Part shown: positions 60,145-64,000 of the stretch, one piece after another
Numbering within the stretch: the first letter of the stretch is position 1
Layout of the letters: each line of letters begins with the position of its first letter
Origin: a virus
Reading direction: 5' to 3' (one strand)
DNA length: 64,000 nt
IMG/VR virus record: IMGVR_UViG_3300047318_000369
Span: 1 to 64,000 of that record
Notes under the pieces: generated by a model
The model's database searches: none
Told to the model about the DNA's origin: nothing
What the model saw: the letters and a program-made list of their open reading frames with translations, nothing else
Program-made: the position numbers and the translations under genes

Positions 60145-62235
60145 GCACACCCCGAAGCCCGGCACCCACTGGGAACGCCGCCTCGTCACCAACGGCGAAC
60201 AGCACGTCCCCGAGTGCACAGCCTCCATCCGCGGCACGTGCCTCGCCGAAGCCCAGTCCGAGACGGCATGCGACACCGAGGCCGGCGAGTGCATCCACGC
60301 CGCCCCCATGCCGTCGTTCGTGCCGCCAGCCAACCGGGAGACACGACGCGCAGCACGGAGGATTCGATGACCGACCCGCGCCAGCTCGCCTACGACGCCG
60401 TGTACGAGTACATCCGCAGCCAGCCCCGCGGCTTCCTGCCGACGACCGTCGTCGGCCGCAACGCCATGATCTGGCGGTCCGTGAATGCCGCCCTCGATGC
60501 CCAGCACAGGAGCGCGGAGGTCACCCTCGCCCGCGTCCGCGATCTGGCCGTCCAGGCCCGTGACCACACCGCGGTCGGTATCGACGAACGCCGCGAGAAA
60601 GCCGAGACGGACATGCTCGCCGTGCACCCGCCGGACCAACCCAGCGCCCGCGCCGACGCCATCGCCTACCGGATCCGCGCCGAACTCGTCTGCTGCCACA
60701 TCTACGACCGCGTCAACGACACCCACGAACTCACCATCCAGCAGGCCATGGAAAGCCGAGACTGGCACGACCTCTGCTACTGGGGAGAAGCGTCAGCACG
60801 GATCGCCGAAGGTCGCTGCCCCGGCTACAAGACCGAGCCGAACATCTGCCGCTGCTCGTGCGATGGCTGCAAGAGCAACTGCTCCGCCCACCAAGAAGCG
60901 GGGCCCGAATCTTCAGACACAGACCTCACCGCCGAGGAGGCCCGCGATCTCGCCGACGACCTCGGCCTCCAGCTCTACCGGGCGCAGGACGCCCTCGCGT
61001 TCGTCGAAGAATGCTGCGTCATTGCCGAGCGGGAAGGGCGGCCGATCACCGTGGCCGACGTCCGGACGTGGCTGAAGGGTGCGCAATGCGGGCGGCAGCT
61101 GGCGGCCGGCGGGCAGCTGGACGTCGGCCCGGCCTCGCCGCCCGTGCACCTCGTCACCTGGACCGGGGCCGCGAACAACGCCGAACAATCGCCGCGAACA
61201 ACTGCGGACAACTCGCCGACCAGCAGCGATACGCCGGACAACTCGGCGCTGCACGGCCTCATCCGGCAGGCCATTCACGACGCCGACGAACACTCCTGCC
61301 AGGAGCAGGACGGCGTCGACTACGACCAGCTCACCGCCGCAGCCCTCGCCGCGATCCACCCTCTCGGCAAGTTCCTCGGCGACATGCACCGCGACGCCGA
61401 AGCCGACCTGTCCCGCGTCATCGACTTGTACGAGCAGTGGTGCAAGGCCGGACCGCCACCCCTCGGCATATCCGTCAGCCGGTGGTGGGATCGGCGGCTC
61501 GTCGAACTCCGGCAGGCGATCGTTGAGCCCGTCGAACAGATCGAACAGGAGGGCGAGTGATGGTCAATCTCGACGAGTACCACGTCACCGGCGACGACCC
61601 CACCGGCGGACACCCAACCGTCGCCCTCACCTGCGACGCCTGCAACAACAACCTGATCGGCGTCGGCGACGTCGGCACCTGGGACACCAACGACGACATC
61701 CCGTCCCTCGCCATCCTCATCGCCGCAGCAGAACGCCACGAGAAGAACGGGCACCGAGCCGGACAAGGCGGCAAGTGAGTACCGCCGACTGGATCGCCCT
61801 GGCCGTCGGCATCATCCTCGGACCCTCGGCGTATGCCGCCGCCCACACCGCCAGGCGCTGGATACGGGACGCCATCAACGCCCGGATCTGCCCACTCTGC
61901 GGACACGACTGCCCTGCTGGAGCGCCCGAGCGCAGCTTCAGCGACGGGGTACGGCAGCTCGGGGAACAACTCGACCAGCAGAAGGAGCAGCAGTGACCGA
62001 CTGGACCCCGCCACCACCCGGCGACCGCCGTGAGCAACTCCCCGACGAAGTGCTCGCCGCGATCAGCCCTACGGCCTACCTGTCCACCGCATGCCACACC
62101 GCGTTCCTCTGCGAGACCACCGAGCCAGCCGCGGTGCTCGACGGCTGGTCCGAACGCCTCCATGCGCGCTGCCGGACCAACAACAAGTTCACCGGCAAAC
62201 TGTGCGTCTGCGGATGCCACCGGCAGACGAAGTGA
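60134..62235 (+). other. hypothetical genes (60134-60370, 60367-61560, 61560-61778, 61775-61996, 61993-62235)
   Basis: Coupled ORFs, several Cys-rich. Confidence 0.55.
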
Positions 62236-62291
62236 CCGCGGTGAGACGGCGAAGCCCCGCACCTGATGATGCGGGCCTTCGTCACGTCCGG

Positions 62292-62633
62292 CTACGGCAC
62301 GAACAGGTGGTACCCGGCCTTGCAAATCAGCGAGGCGTTGTAGTCCCCCAACGCCACCTGGTACCGCTGCACCTGTGCCGCCATCCACAGGCCCCACAGC
62401 AGGCCTGCCAGGGCGATCAGCAGGCCGTATCCGAGGCTGCCCGTGACCGCCACGTAGATCCCGAAGAAGATGGCGAGCACGCCCAGCCACTGCCGGACGT
62501 CCACTTCGTCCGGAGGGGCGTACTTGCTCTTGTTCGGCGACTCCGCCGGAAGATCTTGCCAGTAGCCGCGCAGTTGCTGCACGTGCATCGACTTGCAGAT
62601 CGGGCACTGCATCCCCAACACCCCCAAGGTCAA
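62292..62633 (-). CDS. membrane protein with CxxC motif
   Basis: CPICKS; two TM segments; C-terminal C..GYH. Confidence 0.6.
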   Translation of the reverse strand: MTLGVLGMQCPICKSMHVQQLRGYWQDLPAESPNKSKYAPPDEVDVRQWLGVLAIFFGIYVAVTGSLGYGLLIALAGLLWGLWMAAQVQRYQVALGDYNASLICKAGYHLFVP

Positions 62634-62771
62634 AGCGAGTTGACCGGGGGAGCGTCGCCGGAGGGGCGCGTTCCAGCAAGCCGTGCGCCGGGGTTGTGAG
62701 CGGGCTCACCGAGGGCGCGCAACAGGCGGGACGTGTGGGGCGTCAGCTCGCCCATCACAGCAGGAAGCGCG

Positions 62772-63056
62772 TCACTCGGCGACGGTGATGTAGCCGGCCG
62801 CCTCCAGCTCGCTCAGCAACTCGTCGACGTCTTCCGGCTCAAGCCCCGTAGCCCGCCGCTGCAACTCCTGCGCCCGCGCGGCTTCCACGTCGAAGTCGCC
62901 TTCGGTCGCGGTCAGTTCCAGCAGCAGCCCGAGTGCCGACATGCTGATGTCTCGGCGGTGGATCAACTCGTTGGGGAAGTACGTCATGTCCTCGATTGGG
63001 TCGCGGAGGACGCTGTCGAGGATGTCCGGCCGTACTCGAACGATCTTCTTCGTCAT
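62772..63056 (-). CDS. winged-helix protein
   Basis: AAAGGA RBS; FPNELI...ISMSALGLL...LSELEAAGYI. Confidence 0.65.
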   Translation of the reverse strand: MTKKIVRVRPDILDSVLRDPIEDMTYFPNELIHRRDISMSALGLLLELTATEGDFDVEAARAQELQRRATGLEPEDVDELLSELEAAGYITVAE

Positions 63057-63251
63057 CGGTTTCCTTTCGATCGCCTCGCGCACGCACGCACTGAGGCCGG
63101 GCTGCGCCCTGGAATATTGCTAGCCAGCAGGTTTGGTGGATCCGTATTAGGTAGCCCGTGTTCTTAATAGGGACCCGCTGGCGGACTGTCCGCGGCGGGC
63201 TACCTCCAGCCCGGAGGGTCCGACTCGCGAGGGGTCCGCTGACCGCGTCCT

Positions 63252-63596
63252 CTAATTGTCTGCTTTGCGAGGAAGGTCGTATGCGGTGAGTACCGTGACG
63301 AAGCCGCCCCCGCCAGGCTCTCCGGCAGGAATCTTCTTGGTCTCCCGCGTCATGTAGCCGTACTCCTCCAGCTCCGCGAATGCCGTCCGGTAGGCGCGCT
63401 TGCCCTCGGCTCGCGGGCCACGGTTCCGGCACGCCTTCTCCCACATCTGCTGTGCATTCGTCTGCCAGCCGGGCGACCTCGCGATGATCTCGACCAGAAC
63501 CATCCTGGCCAGCATGCTCAGCCGCTCGTCGAACACCATCTCGTTCGGTGGCTGTGAAAAACCCTTACGCAGCTTCGAGCGGCGGACTATCAGCAC
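63252..63596 (-). CDS. winged-helix protein (replication-initiator N-terminus-like)
   Basis: FSQPPNEMVFDERLSMLAR...PGWQ...AFAELEEYGYM. Confidence 0.65.
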   Translation of the reverse strand: MLIVRRSKLRKGFSQPPNEMVFDERLSMLARMVLVEIIARSPGWQTNAQQMWEKACRNRGPRAEGKRAYRTAFAELEEYGYMTRETKKIPAGEPGGGGFVTVLTAYDLPRKADN

Positions 63597-64000
63597 TCGC
63601 CCGCCCCCGTCTGGCAGGCGCGGGCGCAGTTCGCTATCGTCATGGGTAGTGCTCGGCTTTCTGCTAGGTCGGGAGGCTGCTCGGCTATCTGGCGACGGTC
63701 GGTCAGCAGGTGATTGGTGGCAGCGGGCCGGTAACCCGCTCAAAGCGAAAACGGCCGGACGGTTAACCCCGTCCGGCCGTCGCCGTATTGCTGCCAATTC
63801 TAGGTGACGCCTGTGTCTTAAGTGGCCTATTCAGGGCGCCAATTGGACGTCAGAACTCGGTGAGTTCGAACGGCTTCGGAAGATCCGGAAGCGGAACCCG
63901 GAGCGCCCGCCCGAGCATCGCCCGTGCCGTCAGCTCCCACTCGGCCGCCGGGCGGTTGGTCGGCTTTACGAAGAACACGGCGTTGTCGCCGCGCACGTAG

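Noticed and set aside
50159-63131. 13-nt match GCTAGCCAGCAGG at ~50159 and ~63119
   Set aside because: Only two copies, with no evidence of function; plausible by chance.

Overview
High-GC temperate siphophage genome or prophage segment, most likely from Streptomyces (inferred from GC content, WhiB genes and gene families). Layout: 0.2-24.8 kb packaging, head, tail and lysis genes on +; 25-31.4 kb accessory region with a Cre-like tyrosine recombinase and a lox-like site; 31.4-34.7 kb structured intergenic region, candidate attP, tyrosine integrase and repressor/Cro switch; 34.5-62.2 kb early operon (RecE-like nuclease, AAA ATPase, two WhiB proteins, C5 DNA methyltransferase, replication initiator with iterons, DnaB-like helicase, two HNH nucleases, many small ORFs). 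Main find: a stand-alone Cas7/RAMP-like gene (36366-37037) lies directly downstream of a ~730-bp non-CRISPR array. The array has ~17 CGAC-anchored units built from 5-nt modules (NCC-NN on +, GGN-NN on -), with unit lengths mostly 33/38/43/48 nt. This looks like a phage-encoded RNA-guided system with non-contiguous guides. Other notable items are a phage-encoded Prp-type protease with a shared WF[RK]LDRH leader motif in the scaffold and capsid proteins, and a 13-8-13 lox-like site upstream of the second recombinase. All calls come from motif recognition by eye; no database searches were run.
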